Source of the DNA: Lama glama
Taxonomy: Eukaryota
DNA: 64,000 nt
Assembly: GCA_028534125.1 (NCBI GenBank)
Contig: CM052816.1
Location: forward strand, 9,240,001-9,304,000
Direction: 5' to 3'
Notes under the pieces: generated by a model
What the model saw: the letters and a program-made list of their open reading frames with translations, nothing else
The model's database searches: none
Told to the model about the DNA's origin: nothing
Made by a program: the position numbers and the translations under genes
Shown: positions 50,071-62,340 of the stretch, one piece after another
Layout of the letters: each line of letters starts with the position of its first letter
Position numbering within the stretch: the stretch's first letter is position 1

Positions 50071-52138
50071 TCTTCTTACAATTTGCCAATTCTGTGACAT
50101 CAGTTTCCACTACTGCAAAATGAGGCAATAGGGCAAGGTCAGCGATTTCTAAGACCACTGACAGTACTTAAAAAATAAAAACGTTATTATTTTTGTATAC
50201 CTGTTAACCTCTGGTAAAAGTATGTAAGCTTCTTAAACCCAGGACCCAAGTCTTACTCCTCCATTTATTCCTGGCATGCTGCCCTGCACCTCACAGGATG
50301 GAATAAAGGGATATGCTCTGGGCTGGTATCAGCTGGTGCACATCATTAGTTCCCAACGTGAGTCTCCACCGTGCTTCCTTGTCAACTCACCTGCTGAAGC
50401 CTTTATCCTGAAGGTAGTAGGGAGCCACTGAAGGCTTTTCAGCAAAAGCTGACTCCTGTGTATTGGAAAGTTCATTCAGACAGTGATGAAGAAGGTGTAG
50501 AGGGGGCCACAAGCAGAAGCAGAGACACAGAGAGACACATTGTTTCCTGGAGAATCACCCTGGATTGTGATATTAGGTAGAGACCTGCCAGTGAGAAAGG
50601 GACACCTCATCTGCACAAAACCACCTCCACGGAGGGCCCGCACACACGGGGGGACCAGAAAGTGCAGGACTCCGCCTATTTATAGTTGGGGGAAATGAGG
50701 CACAAAGAGACAAAGTGACTCATGTGCCAAAGATTTCTGACTTCAGGGCCTCCACTCAGCTAATGTGAAAACCAGGCTACACTTAGCTTGTCATCCAGGG
50801 AGGGGGAGGGATCTTGCCTGGGCCAGAATGGAAGGGAGCGTCAGGGGTGGGGCGGGGTGGGGAAGGGGGAAGACAAGGATCCTGCACAGAAACTGTGACA
50901 AATGCTCCAATACCTTCATTTTGACACTCCCATAATCCAGGAAGGGCTAAAATTGGCTGTAGAGCTTGTGTTATGAAACCAGAGCAGGTTAAACAAAAGA
51001 AAAAAGCAAAACTTAAGTCAGACAGAAGATAATCCTTGTGGAGAGCATGCAAATCCAAGCAAAAATAGATCAGAGACATTTTCCCAAGAGACACAGAGCT
51101 TGGAGATCCTGGAACCAAGCCCTCACGTGAAAGATGGGGAGGCAAAGGTGGGAAAGGGAGGTTAGTGTCACTCCCTGGATATGGAGAGACAAGTTTTGCT
51201 GGCAGAGTCAGGTCTGGGACTCGAACCCAGTTCTCCCCATTCTGAGCTCAGAGCTCATCTCACTCCTTCACAACTGATTCTGGGTCTAACTCTTTATTTG
51301 CCAAACCTACTAATAAGCAGTTAAAGTGATTTTAAAGCACCCTGTATATACTTTGTGTTGCCATGTGCACAAACATGTGCTCACACACACACACAGCTTT
51401 AGTACAGTGGCAAGGTCTTTTCTTTCATTAAATACTATGGATCGATTAAATATCTGCATCACGACCCCATGTCAAAGGCACAGCTTATGGAACCTAGAAG
51501 CTATCCTAGTCCAACCTCTTTATTTTACAAACAGGGACTGGACTCCAGAATGGGTGAAGTTGCAGTCACTTAAACCAAGAACCAGGGCACGTGCAATGCT
51601 CTTTTTAGCCCTGGCCCCAGCACTGCTGGCAGGAAAAGTGTGATCTTCAGTATAGATGCATTACTTTATATTCTTAAGCATGGATTCTGAAAAGGAAGAC
51701 GTTAGAGATCTAGACAGTTTCCAGTATATTACTTTGGCTGGTGCCTGAAATCCTGGTACACTGATTAGTGAGTTTCTCGAGAAGTCTTTTAACTTTTTTG
51801 TAAGTTTTTACCATGATGATAACAATCACAGCCGTCCATTAAATAAACACTTACTGAATGTCCACTGTGTACCAGACACTCTGCCGGGTCATTTATGTAC
51901 TTTTAATCTCTTTTAATTTTCATCAAACTATGATACAGGTACCGTCATTCCTGTTTCTGTTTTTTGTTTTGACAGAGGGGAATGCAGCTTAGAGAGGTTT
52001 AAACATTTTGTCCAGTTCATAGACTCAGGAAGGAGTAGACCTGGGATTTGACTCTCTGTTGTCTTTTATTATGCCGGGCAACTTAGCCATGTGGTGGTCT
52101 TCTGCACCGTGGACACTGTATAGGACAGTCTCACAGTT

Positions 52139-52174
52139 CTGGAGGGGTATGGGGCTGGAGGGGTATGGGGCTGG
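52139..52174 (+). repeat. Perfect 16-bp tandem duplication forming a G-quadruplex motif
   Basis: (ctggaggggtatgggg)x2 followed by ctgg. Confidence 0.9.
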
Positions 52175-52519
52175 GTTGCTCCAGAGCCCATCCTCTTCTG
52201 GGCTGCTAAGCTCATCTGTGAGCTCTGTGCTACAACTCAGGTTTATAAGCCCCTCCCAGAGGTTCAGGGTGGGGTTCCCGACAGCCAATACCCAAGGTAC
52301 CTAGGCTTGGGTATGAAGAGACCCAGATTAGAACAAAGACCGTTAACTTCTAAGGACTAATCTTGAAGGATCTGGCTCATAGGCATGAAAGGAACACAGT
52401 AAGAGTGAATCCAAGAGGGATGGCCTCAGGTTGCAGAAAGGATATAGAACATGGGACAAAGTTTTAAGGAATGTTTGCTCTTCTGTGTTTTATGCAAATA
52501 TACCTTTCGTAGCAGACTC

Positions 52520-53530
52520 AGAGCGTTTCCTACACAGAATATGAATTTCCTCTAAAGTCCCTGATGGCATTTTTATTTACTCCTTAATTTCCAGGAACAG
52601 GGAGCTCATTACCTTTCAGACTCTTGTACTTGTTAGAAAGTTCTGATCTTCAAATTGGGTCAAAAATCTGCCTCCTAGATGTGTCCATGCATTGGATCCA
52701 GATCTGCCCTTTGGTTTACAAAGATTTAATCTGCTTCCTCCCTACCCAGCAGGACTCTGGGTATTTAAAGACAACTTTCATTTTTTGTATCAGTGTTCCC
52801 CAAAGTGTGCTGAGCAGAGCTGTAAGTTTGCACGGTGTTAATAGGTGTCCTCTATAAAACAAATATATCAAAACAAACAGACAAAAGCCCATAAATAGCA
52901 TTCTGTAAGCATGCTAAGTTAAACCAGGTCAACCAGATATGTTTCCTGCAAGGCTGCTCAAAATGTTTACTACGCTATTGCAGAATGTGAATCCCAAAAT
53001 GGAAATACTGGGCATGCAGTGTTTCCCAAACATTCGACCTCCCAAACTTTTGACCTCAAAACCTTTTTGTTTCTCTCAGTGTACCTTTTACTATTTTTCA
53101 TATATACTATTAGAAACACTGTTGGGAAAATGCTTCCCTACCCAAATCTAGGTTCTTACTACTGTCTCCAAGCTAAAAAGCCAGGCTCCTTCAACTATTC
53201 ATTTTGAGACAAAGTTTTGGGTTTCCTCACTACCTTCCCTCTGGTTCTCTAATAGGACTGTCAGATTAAAATACAGGATGCCCAGTTAAATTTGGATTTC
53301 AGATAAACAGTGATTTTTTTTTTGGTGTAAGCATATTCTGTGCAATATTTGGGACATACTTATATGAAAAAGAAATTGTTGCTTATCTGAAATTCAAATT
53401 TAACTGGATGTCTTGTATTTTTATTTGCTAAATCTGGCAAGCCCAAAAGGGCCCCAAATGCCCTCCTTCCCTTGAAAACTGTGGGCCTCAGTACTGGGCG
53501 CAGTATTCCAGAGAAGGACCACGTTAGAGA
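52520..53530 (-). mobile_element. L3/CR1 remnant interrupted by MER103C-like (~52790-53140) and MER53 MITEs
   Basis: ccaggaacagggagctcattacct..gttagaaagttct..aatctgcctcc; ctccaagctaaa..ctccttcaac; cttgaaaactgtgggcctcagtactgggcgcagtattcca. Confidence 0.55.
53254..53445. mobile_element. MER53 palindromic hAT MITE
   Basis: aaaatacaggatgcccagttaaatttggatttcagataa pairs with ttatctgaaattcaaatttaactggatgtcttgtatttt; ctaaatctggcaagccc end. Confidence 0.92.
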
Positions 53531-53609
53531 CAATTGATAATCTTGTGAGCTACAACCAACTCTGATTTTCCTTGAGACATTTTTAAAGAGATGATAGTAA
53601 TATTTTTAT

Positions 53610-54060
53610 AGATGATTTGAGACTAGTCTGAGATTGACAGATATCAGCTATCTTCCTGAATATACTGGCAAAATCTAGAAGCCAATTTTATGTACTCAGA
53701 GCAGTTCACAGAATAATATGCATACGTATTGACTTTATTCTGTAAAATCCAGTTAGGAAAGTGATGGATTTTCATGGTAACTGTCCTCTTTAATTTACAT
53801 AAAATGTATTATTTTCTGACATCCTTGCTCCTTTTCTGATAATTTGCAGATTTTTTCTTTTGTGTTGTTTTGTTATATAAAATATTGGCCATGAATTTTA
53901 GTTATATAAATGACTTCTCATGATAAGAAGGGGCATATTGTTATGTATTTATATTCTAGCATTTACTAAACTAAATAAAAAGGTTGATGACAGAAAACAA
54001 AAAAACTTTTCATAGGTATATTTAAGTTTCTCTGGTGTGAGTATTAGGGAACTTGATCCA
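53610..54060 (+). mobile_element. Possible degraded Charlie-family hAT remnant
   Basis: AT-rich; agctatcttcctgaatat..aaaatc loosely recalls the hAT LAYLADIF motif region. Confidence 0.3.
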
Positions 54061-56499
54061 GATACCACTTACAATTCCCTTTTCATTGTCTTTTCCATTA
54101 GACCATAAGAAACAAACAAATAAACAAAAACAGTGACCAACCATGTCCACTTCAGTCATGGCTGTATCCCAGGTTCTGGCATATGTAAGTGTTCAAACAT
54201 CTTTAGAGTGAATGAATGAACAAATTAGTCACGTATTGCTTAGAAAGCTAAGAAAACCAAATAAGCTAATACTCCGAGGAGAAGAGATGGCCAATGGGAG
54301 CTTTTCTTGTGGTTGGGATTTGTCATCCACCACAAGCTTTCCCAGATCCATTAAGTACCGTTCACCAGTCCTGAAGGCAGTTCCTTTGGACGATGTGTGT
54401 GTAAAACAAGAACATCTAATTGCTCTGACTAAAATAATTTCAACCAAACACAAACCATTTTCAAGAAGCTGAAATACTTCCTGGAGCCTGCAATTTTTAT
54501 CAAGGTGTGGAACTTGGCCCTTAAAAGCAGGCTGGGCTGTGGCCCAATGGGTGTGGGATTGGGGCAGCAAATCACACTGAGTCTTCCCACAGGAGCATCC
54601 TGATCCAGGACGAATTAGGCTGTGTGAACAAGGACAGCCTCAGTGGAGCTCTGAGCTGCCAGCAGGGCAGGTATGGGAAGCAGGACACATGATCCCATAG
54701 CTCTGACTTGCTGAAAGTGCATCTGGTGACTGAGCTGAGGAACCTGGAGGCTTGGAGCTCCTGCTCTAAGCCTTAGTTGACAGTTCCGGTGCTGCCCACT
54801 CCCAGCTCAAGCTTGGGGCTTGTCAGTATTGAAAGCATCTTGGGGATTGTCCCTGGAGCTGGCAGTCACTTATCTGTAGCTTGGCAGCTGTGGCTTCAGT
54901 GCTGGGGCGTTTCTAAGATAAAATGCAGCAGAAAACAGAGAAGTACAGTGAGAAGAGATCCAGGTCCTAGGAGGTTAGCAGAGTGGAAGAACTTGTGTTG
55001 TCTTCTGTGTATGAGTATGAAGATCTAAGCTCAAGTACCATGTATTAGGGCCCTGCCTTTAGGCAAGTTTTTAACATCAGTCTTTCTGTGAAAAGGGAAC
55101 AACCACGCTGACCTCTGAGTGGTGAGGATTAGATAAGATGGCAGATGTAAACCCTTTAGTAAACTGCCAAGTGCTGGGTCATTATGAAAGATTGTTATAA
55201 CAGTAGCCCCAGGAGCACAGTGCTGTGGTCTTTAGCTCTTGTTGCATCTGGTAGTTTGGGGCCAGGATAGCATAAAAAAGCATCCAGCTGAAAGAAAAGA
55301 GGGTGTTCCTTACACAGGCTGGTGCAAAATAAAAAGAGCTTCAAATTACATTACACAATTCCTTTTAATTATGGAGGAAAACATTTGGCAAGCACACATT
55401 TGAAAACATAAAGTCTCAGTGGGTAGGAGTCTCTAGAATAAAAAAAAATCATTTGGGAACGCCCGTAAGGCCCAAAGATGTAAGGCTCTCAGTAGACTAA
55501 TTCTCCATGAATGTTTCTGTTGATCTTCCTGGAGTCTGTCACAGGCTCTGATTAAAGCCCTTGCTGGCTTTGCTGGTAAACAAGAGTAAAAGGTACACAC
55601 ATGTAATTCTAGTTCATTGGAGAGAAAATAATGCAGGGTGTTGTGTCTGATTAATTACTTGCTACTTCCTCTGCTATGAGATGGTACACCCACTGAAGGG
55701 AAATTAATAATATGTGTGTACATGTGTTTTCTGTACCGGAGCAGTAAGGGAGCAGTAAGTCAGACATCTTGCCTTGAAAAGGCTTTCCTGCCAGGCTTTC
55801 TCTTTTTCTTCCCCTAGCGTCTCATTTCATGCAGTGGTTACTTGCAGAGTGCACTACTTCAAGTCCCACCACAGTCCCCATCAGGACCCGCAGACTTCTG
55901 ATTGTCCGTCTTTACGTTTACATCTCAGTATTGCTGAGTCTAGGCAAAGACTACTCCAGGCTTGGAACTGGGTAGAGTCTTTGCTTACAATTCTGGGAGG
56001 GCACAAGGCAATCTTTATGCAACCTGCAACCCATCCTTTCCATCCTCTCCTCCTTGCCTGGGCCAAGAATAGCCAATGATCGTGTTCTGGAAGAAACCCC
56101 ACCTAGTCACTGAGTGCTCTCAGCCAAGAGAAGAGAGAGCAGAGCTGGAGGCACAGGAATGAGGCCAAGCCACAAAACCAAAGCTCCAAATTCTGAGGGT
56201 CAGGGTTTGATACACCACTTCCCTTGTCCCTACACCACTGACTGGCTTAGTTAGGTCTAATGGTACCCAACAAGGAGGGTGTTTCCCTGCCTTCTAATGC
56301 CTACTGGATTTATGTACACCACATATATAAATACATAGGGGTGTATTCACAGAGGCAGAGTTTGCAAGTGAATACCTGTATGTAAATATGCATTTCTAGG
56401 AAAACACATAAGAACCTATATGTGTGCACTTACCTATGTAAGAATGCTTTTTTATGGGTAGGCATATCTTCAGAGATAATCCCTCGAAATACAAATCTG

Positions 56500-56910
56500 A
56501 TATCTGCTGTAAACATATCAATGGCTCTTAAATGCTTTTAGGATAAAGACCCAAATCCTGATGTAGCTTAAAAGGCCCTTCCTGTGTGGCTCCTGCTAAG
56601 CTCTCTCTCGCTCTCTCTCTCTCTGGATACCTTCTCTACACTGACCTTTGCTTAGTCCTTCTTAAGCACAAGGTTTCCTCTTACCACAGGACATTTGTAC
56701 GTACTTTTCTCCTTGAGTGGTATGTTCTTCCCTCCTCTCCTTTTCTACAAATTACCTAGCCATCCTTCATCTCTCAGCTGAAACCTTCTTTGGAGAAACC
56801 TTTACTGACCTCTAAGAATTACTTTTTTTTTTCTTTCACTCACTGATCTTCAGCACCTAACAGTTCCTGGCAGTAAATAAGAGCTCAACAGCCATGTATT
56901 GAATCAAGTG
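56500..56910 (+). mobile_element. L2 fragment
   Basis: ttaggataaagacccaaatcc..ccttcatctctcagct..cagcacctaacagttcctggca..gctcaaca. Confidence 0.7.
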
Positions 56911-57796
56911 TGTATATACTTAACTAGAAAGAAGGGCCAGATAGGAAGGAACCTGTGTGTACTTAGGTAGCATGGGACCATGACTACATGACATGGCTTG
57001 TTTGCTCAGTTGGAGCATACAAAAGTGTGCTTAGGACTCTGTGTTTTTATCTAAGGGAAAATGTTTATGTTAAATACATCTGTTCCCTATACATGTGTAC
57101 ATATTCATATGCGAGTATACAAAAAGAACACAGATGTGTCCACACATCTACGTGAAATGCATGTGTATATATTTGTGTTGATATGGGTGTAGGCATCAAT
57201 GTGAAAGTCTGTGTGTGTTTATTTAGGCGTGTGCATCTATGGAGGAGTATGTATATGTATGAATCACTCTTCTCTGCAGCTGGGCGGATCCCTGTCAGAT
57301 TTCTAAGTAGGAGGGTTTATGTAAATTAGGCAAATTGATTCAGATAGACGTTAGTATGATTTGACATAATCATAGCAGAGTGTCCAGGAGGATGGAGCAT
57401 TGGACAAAGAATCCATCCCTGCAACAAAAATCTCTTTTTCTTCCTGTGTTGCTATTTCCTGGTCTATAGGCAGAGGGTCTGGGACTAGGAGACAATGATG
57501 CTGTTAAGGTGTATAACTGTGTGGATTCCATGTTGTCACAAAATATATTTTCAATCAAATGCCTAACTGCTCAAGGCATTTTATTCTTACCTTCATCTTT
57601 CATAGTAAATTTTATCATTTATAAATTATTTTCATCTACATTGTTTTATTTGATTACATGGAGAAATTAGGATTCTGTTTATTTGACAGAACAATTATTT
57701 TTGTGAACACAAGTAGCTGTACAGGGTCATTTTTTCCATGCCTACATTTTGTGCTCTTGAGCCTGAAGAGAGAGGAGGGGAAGACAGTGTGATGTC

Positions 57797-57980
57797 TAGG
57801 TCCCCAAACTGCAGTCCTAAGAGCACCTTCATCACAGTCCTCTGGGGAAGTTATGACAAAATGCAGACTCCTGGCCCCCAGCCCAGTCCTGAAGACTGTC
57901 AGGGATGGAGGTCAGGAATGTGCATTTTTCAGATGTTCCCCCAAGTCGTTTTTGGGCTCTGTAAATTTTGGGACCCACCA
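57797..57980. mobile_element. MER5A-like MITE
   Basis: ccccaaact..aaaatgcagactcctggcccc..ggaatgtgcatttt..gttccccca. Confidence 0.65.
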
Positions 57981-59159
57981 CAATAACATAAATCAATGTC
58001 AAGAAACTCATACCTAAACTGACACCACTAACTCTTCCACAATTTTATGAAACGAGATTTCTAAGGCTGCCCACCTCAGGTCCTTGTGGTTGACTCTTGG
58101 TTCTCTTAGGTTGAAGATGCTAGATGAGCACTTGGATTTATAGAAAGACACTATGGGAAGTGAAGCAAGAAGGGAAGTCTGAATATTTGTGAACAGAGCA
58201 GACTGTACTGTTGCAATATATATTTTGAGAACTGTGGGTCCCTCTCAAACAAAACAAAACAATAAAAACCTAACAGGTTGTCAGGGTTGATTGTAATATT
58301 TAGAAATGCTTGCTACAATTTTTACGAAGAGAAACACTAAGCAGTGGAATAGAGACAGAATGGTCTAATAACAAAGGAAGCTCCCCAATGGCAGTTGTGG
58401 CTTCTGGGCACAAGGCCCGAGGTTGCAAAGCCAATATAGTGCAGTCAAAAAGAAAGCAGGAATGACCTAGGACTCCAGTGCTGCAGTGTCATGGGTGTTG
58501 CTGCTGTGATTTCAAAACCTGTTTTCTCTTCCTGGAGAAATGAAACATTCAGAAACTACAGTTTCTGCCCTCTTTGCACTAGAAAAATAATAATAAAACA
58601 AGCCAGGAGAGGTGGTTATCTCTTGGCTCTTGTATTACCTTGCCACCGACCTTGCCTGTTGGAACCTGGGGTTTTTTAGTACACTAAGGAGGTATGCGCT
58701 CACTCAGTGCCGGTCCCATCCTGATATTCTCTGATGTGAAGACTCAGAAGCAGACACAGACCTGGGCAGAGAAATGGGAAGAGCATTTCCAGACATCAGG
58801 GGCTTCCTGACCTGAAAGTGGTGCTTTGACTCAGCACAAACCCATGTGCTGTTAGCAGGCAGCTTCCTCTGCCTCCTCCCAGGCCCTAGCCAGTGAAGCT
58901 CACTCAAACTGTGCCTGAGTCACGGCGAACGAGTGTGCTGCCAGCCCTCAGCACAATCTGGTTTCCTAGTTTATGCTTAGCCACGGCCTACCTAGGGGAC
59001 ATGGGCTTGCCCCTTAGTTCCAAGGCTCAGAAATTGATCGGACCTCTCTGAAAAGAATCCATGAAGAATAAAACAAAATGCACCCATTACAAATTTCCTC
59101 TCATTATTGTCTCCTTCCTTCTCTTTCACTTGATCCCCAACAGGGGAAAAGATGGACTC

Positions 59160-59395
59160 TCCTGGTGGAAAAGCACATGGGCCCTGGTTCAGAATAGCTG
59201 GGTTTCACTTCAGTTTGTTGTGTAATCTTTAGCAACTTAGTTAACCCCTTTGAGTCTCAGTATCCTGATTTATAAAATGGGGACTAATATAAGTGTGCTG
59301 ACTTTGTAGGGTTGCTATGAGTACAAAATAAGATGATGCATGAGAATTGCCAAGTACAAGGCCTGGTTCATGGTAAGCACACTGTAGTTATTAGC
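59160..59395 (+). mobile_element. MIR SINE
   Basis: ttaacccctttgagtctcagtatcctgatttataaaatgggga..gtagggttgctatgag. Confidence 0.8.
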
Positions 59396-59939
59396 CTGCA
59401 TGATCACAAGAGGTGCTCTATGGAATAGAAACCTGCTGTTGCGCTTTTCAAATAGAGAGTATTGGTCACTGTATAACTTGAATAGACTTATTTTGACACA
59501 AGTCAACAGGCTGAGTCAAAGGCACTTAACAATGCAGAAGGAACCCTGCCCTGGAGGTTCAGTGGTTAGTTTCCCATGCTCTGAAAGCAGGGAAGAGCCC
59601 AGGTGCAGACAGCATGCTTTTGAAGAGACAAGTACAGTATAGAAACATCTTTTTCATCCACTACAAGGGGAGAGGGAGCCTTCTGTTTAATTTACAAAAT
59701 TTATCTCTGTAACCTTATTTTTCAAAATGTGGTCCGTGGGGAAAACCCATGAGAATACGCTAAAATGCAGATTCGTGGGCCCCAGCTCAGATCTCCCAAT
59801 CCATATGCTCTGGAAATGATGATTCTCCTGCAGTCTGAAAACTGCTGGATACTCTTACGGCCAGGCCAGTAGACCAGTAGCAATTATGATATCTGGATCA
59901 TAATAATATATTCAAGGAGGCATTTGTTAAAGTATTATC

Positions 59940-60190
59940 AGTGGGTCCAAAATTCTATGAATAATCTAATTCCATTTTTATTTAAAAATACACAAATTCT
60001 ACCCTTTTGTACAGATAGCCATGCTTAGAACAAAGACTGAAAGCATATACATCAGATTTAACAACGGCTATCTCTAGGTGGTAACGTTACACGTGATTTA
60101 TCTCATTTTGTGCTTTCATATATTTTTAAATGTTTTACAATAAGTTCTATTACGTTTTTAACAAGAAAAAAAATGTGCTTTTAAAATAAA
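59940..60190 (+). mobile_element. Old L1ME 3' end
   Basis: aaagactgaaagcatatacatca..ggctatctctaggtgg..ttttaaatgttttacaataag. Confidence 0.6.
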
Positions 60191-60829
60191 AGCCATGAAG
60201 CCAGATGTGCAGCACTGAAGACTTCCTGAAATCTTACAGAACTTTGGACAAAGAAGGAGACATAGGACTTATGTAAACCAAACCACGTCTGCAAAGAAAT
60301 GATGAAACAGGTCTAGAGGGAGGGAAGTGACCTGCCTGAGGTTGCCCAGTGGTTAATGGTGGGCTACACAATCCTCAGGTTTCCAGGATCTTGTGCCAGA
60401 GAGCTCTGAAGTGCTCCCCATGCTGGCTAGGGACCTGCCTCCCTTCCTTCCTGTCCTGTGCGGGTGACGGAAAGACCACAGGAAGTGTAATGATCCTGAG
60501 GGTGGAGAAGGATGTAATAGCCTTTGCAGAGAGGACTTTGCAGCTCTCATTATTCTCTCTCTGGGAGTTAGTAGGTCACTTGCAAAAGGCATGGGAAGAG
60601 CAGCTGATGAAAAGGTCTAATAGTTTGGAAAACTGCTTAACCTTATTGCTCTATTTCTGGATTTCCCTCCATGGCCAAAGACTGTTGAGATCCTGATTTC
60701 CCCGGGAGGTTTCCTGGTTAGGAATGCAGTGAAGCCTCTGAAATCCAGAGGAACTGGGGAGAAGGCCAGCTGGAATTAGGGAATGGTCTGAATACTTTTT
60801 AAGAACATTCAGGTCTATTGTTTTCAAGG

Positions 60830-61130
60830 ACACAGAATCACAGATTTGGAAGGAGCTTAGTCTAGCCTCTACTCTGTGTAGGAACCCCTTGTGCCTCATT
60901 GTGCACAGACCTTTATTTGGACTTCTCTTGAATGCTTCCAATGACAGGAGACTCATTACTCTGATATAGAACCGATTTCACTCTTAGAAAAAGTCTTCCT
61001 TCACCTGAGCTGGAATCTACTGCTTGCCTTATGATATGATATTCATATAAAATAGATATGCTCCTTTTGCCTAGATGGTCATTAAATATTTGAAAGCAGT
61101 TATCATGCACAACATTCTCTTTTGCAACCT
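60830..61130 (-). mobile_element. L3/CR1 3' end
   Basis: cacagaatcacagatttggaagga..cttgaatgcttccaatgacaggagactcattac..ttagaaaaagtcttcctt. Confidence 0.7.
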
Positions 61131-62114
61131 GACCACCCCCAAGACATTGGACCATGATTTATATGACAAATGTCATCAATTCTAATTAGAAACATAAACT
61201 GCTGTCTCTAATTAGCCTCTTAACTAACAGCTATATAAATTTAGAGCTAAGCAGAGCTTAGAGACCACCTGCACTGGCCTCATTATTCTACAGAGGAGCA
61301 AACTGAGGTCCGCTGAGGAAAACAGGAAAACTGCCTTCCTCGGCTTGAAACAGAGACAGGGAGAGAAAGAGCTGAGAACTGAAATCTAGTTGCATGAATC
61401 CCAATTCGGGCCTCTTTTCGCCTCACCATGTGTCTTACTCACGAGACACAAGAATTTCTCAAGTTCTTGAAAGTGGTTGGGAAGTTTGTTCTCTTAGGTA
61501 TTTCAAAAATTCCTCCTTCAAATTATATTTGCACTGTCTGTGAAGTAGGGATTAGCATAGGGCTGAATTTGGCAGAGATTATGCTGTCAATGGAAAGCAT
61601 CCTTCAAAGTATATTAACCCTTGTTGCTCTCTTCTGTCAGAAGAGAGTCATCTCTGTTGCCCTAGAATGCTAGCTCAAAATGGACAGCACATTTATAGGG
61701 CCACCTGGCCTGCCAAATTTTCCATAAGATCCAGCTACCTGCTCAATGTAGGAGAACTTCCCAACTTTGGAACCAAAGATGAATTTGCCAGGACATGAGG
61801 CAGGTTGTGTTTCTGCTTTACCATGTGCTTGTTTTAAAGTTTCATGTCCGCTTTCCAATTTGGTATGATTCTCTGATGAAAAGATAAAGCAAAGACTCAG
61901 AGAAGCAGACCAGACGCTTCAGTGATTGGTTTCCTGTCCCAGTCCCCAGCAAACCCTGCAGTCACATGCTTCCAAGGGAACATTCCTCCCTGCCCCAACC
62001 CACAGCAATCTCCCTCCTCTCTCAACAAGGTATTGCATTTCCAGTTCTTACACTTATTCTGGCATGGATTATAAACTGCCTTATGCTGCTTTCTGGTTTT
62101 CATGTGTGCAGAGA

Positions 62115-62340
62115 TCACACAGGCCTGGGTTCCAGTCTTGATTCTGCAGCTAGCTGGTTGTGTGGCTATGGAAAGTGACTTAACCTTTCTGAAACTCAGT
62201 TCCCTCATTTGTTAAATGAGGACAATTTTGCTACCTACTTCATAAGACTATCAAGGTCACATCATGCTTAAAATGTGCCTAACACAGACCCTAACATTTA
62301 GTAAGATTTCATAGAAGGTATCTGTGTAGTATTATTAATA
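62115..62340 (+). mobile_element. MIR SINE
   Basis: ggaaagtgacttaacctttctgaaactcagttccctcatttgttaaatgagg..cctacttcata. Confidence 0.85.
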
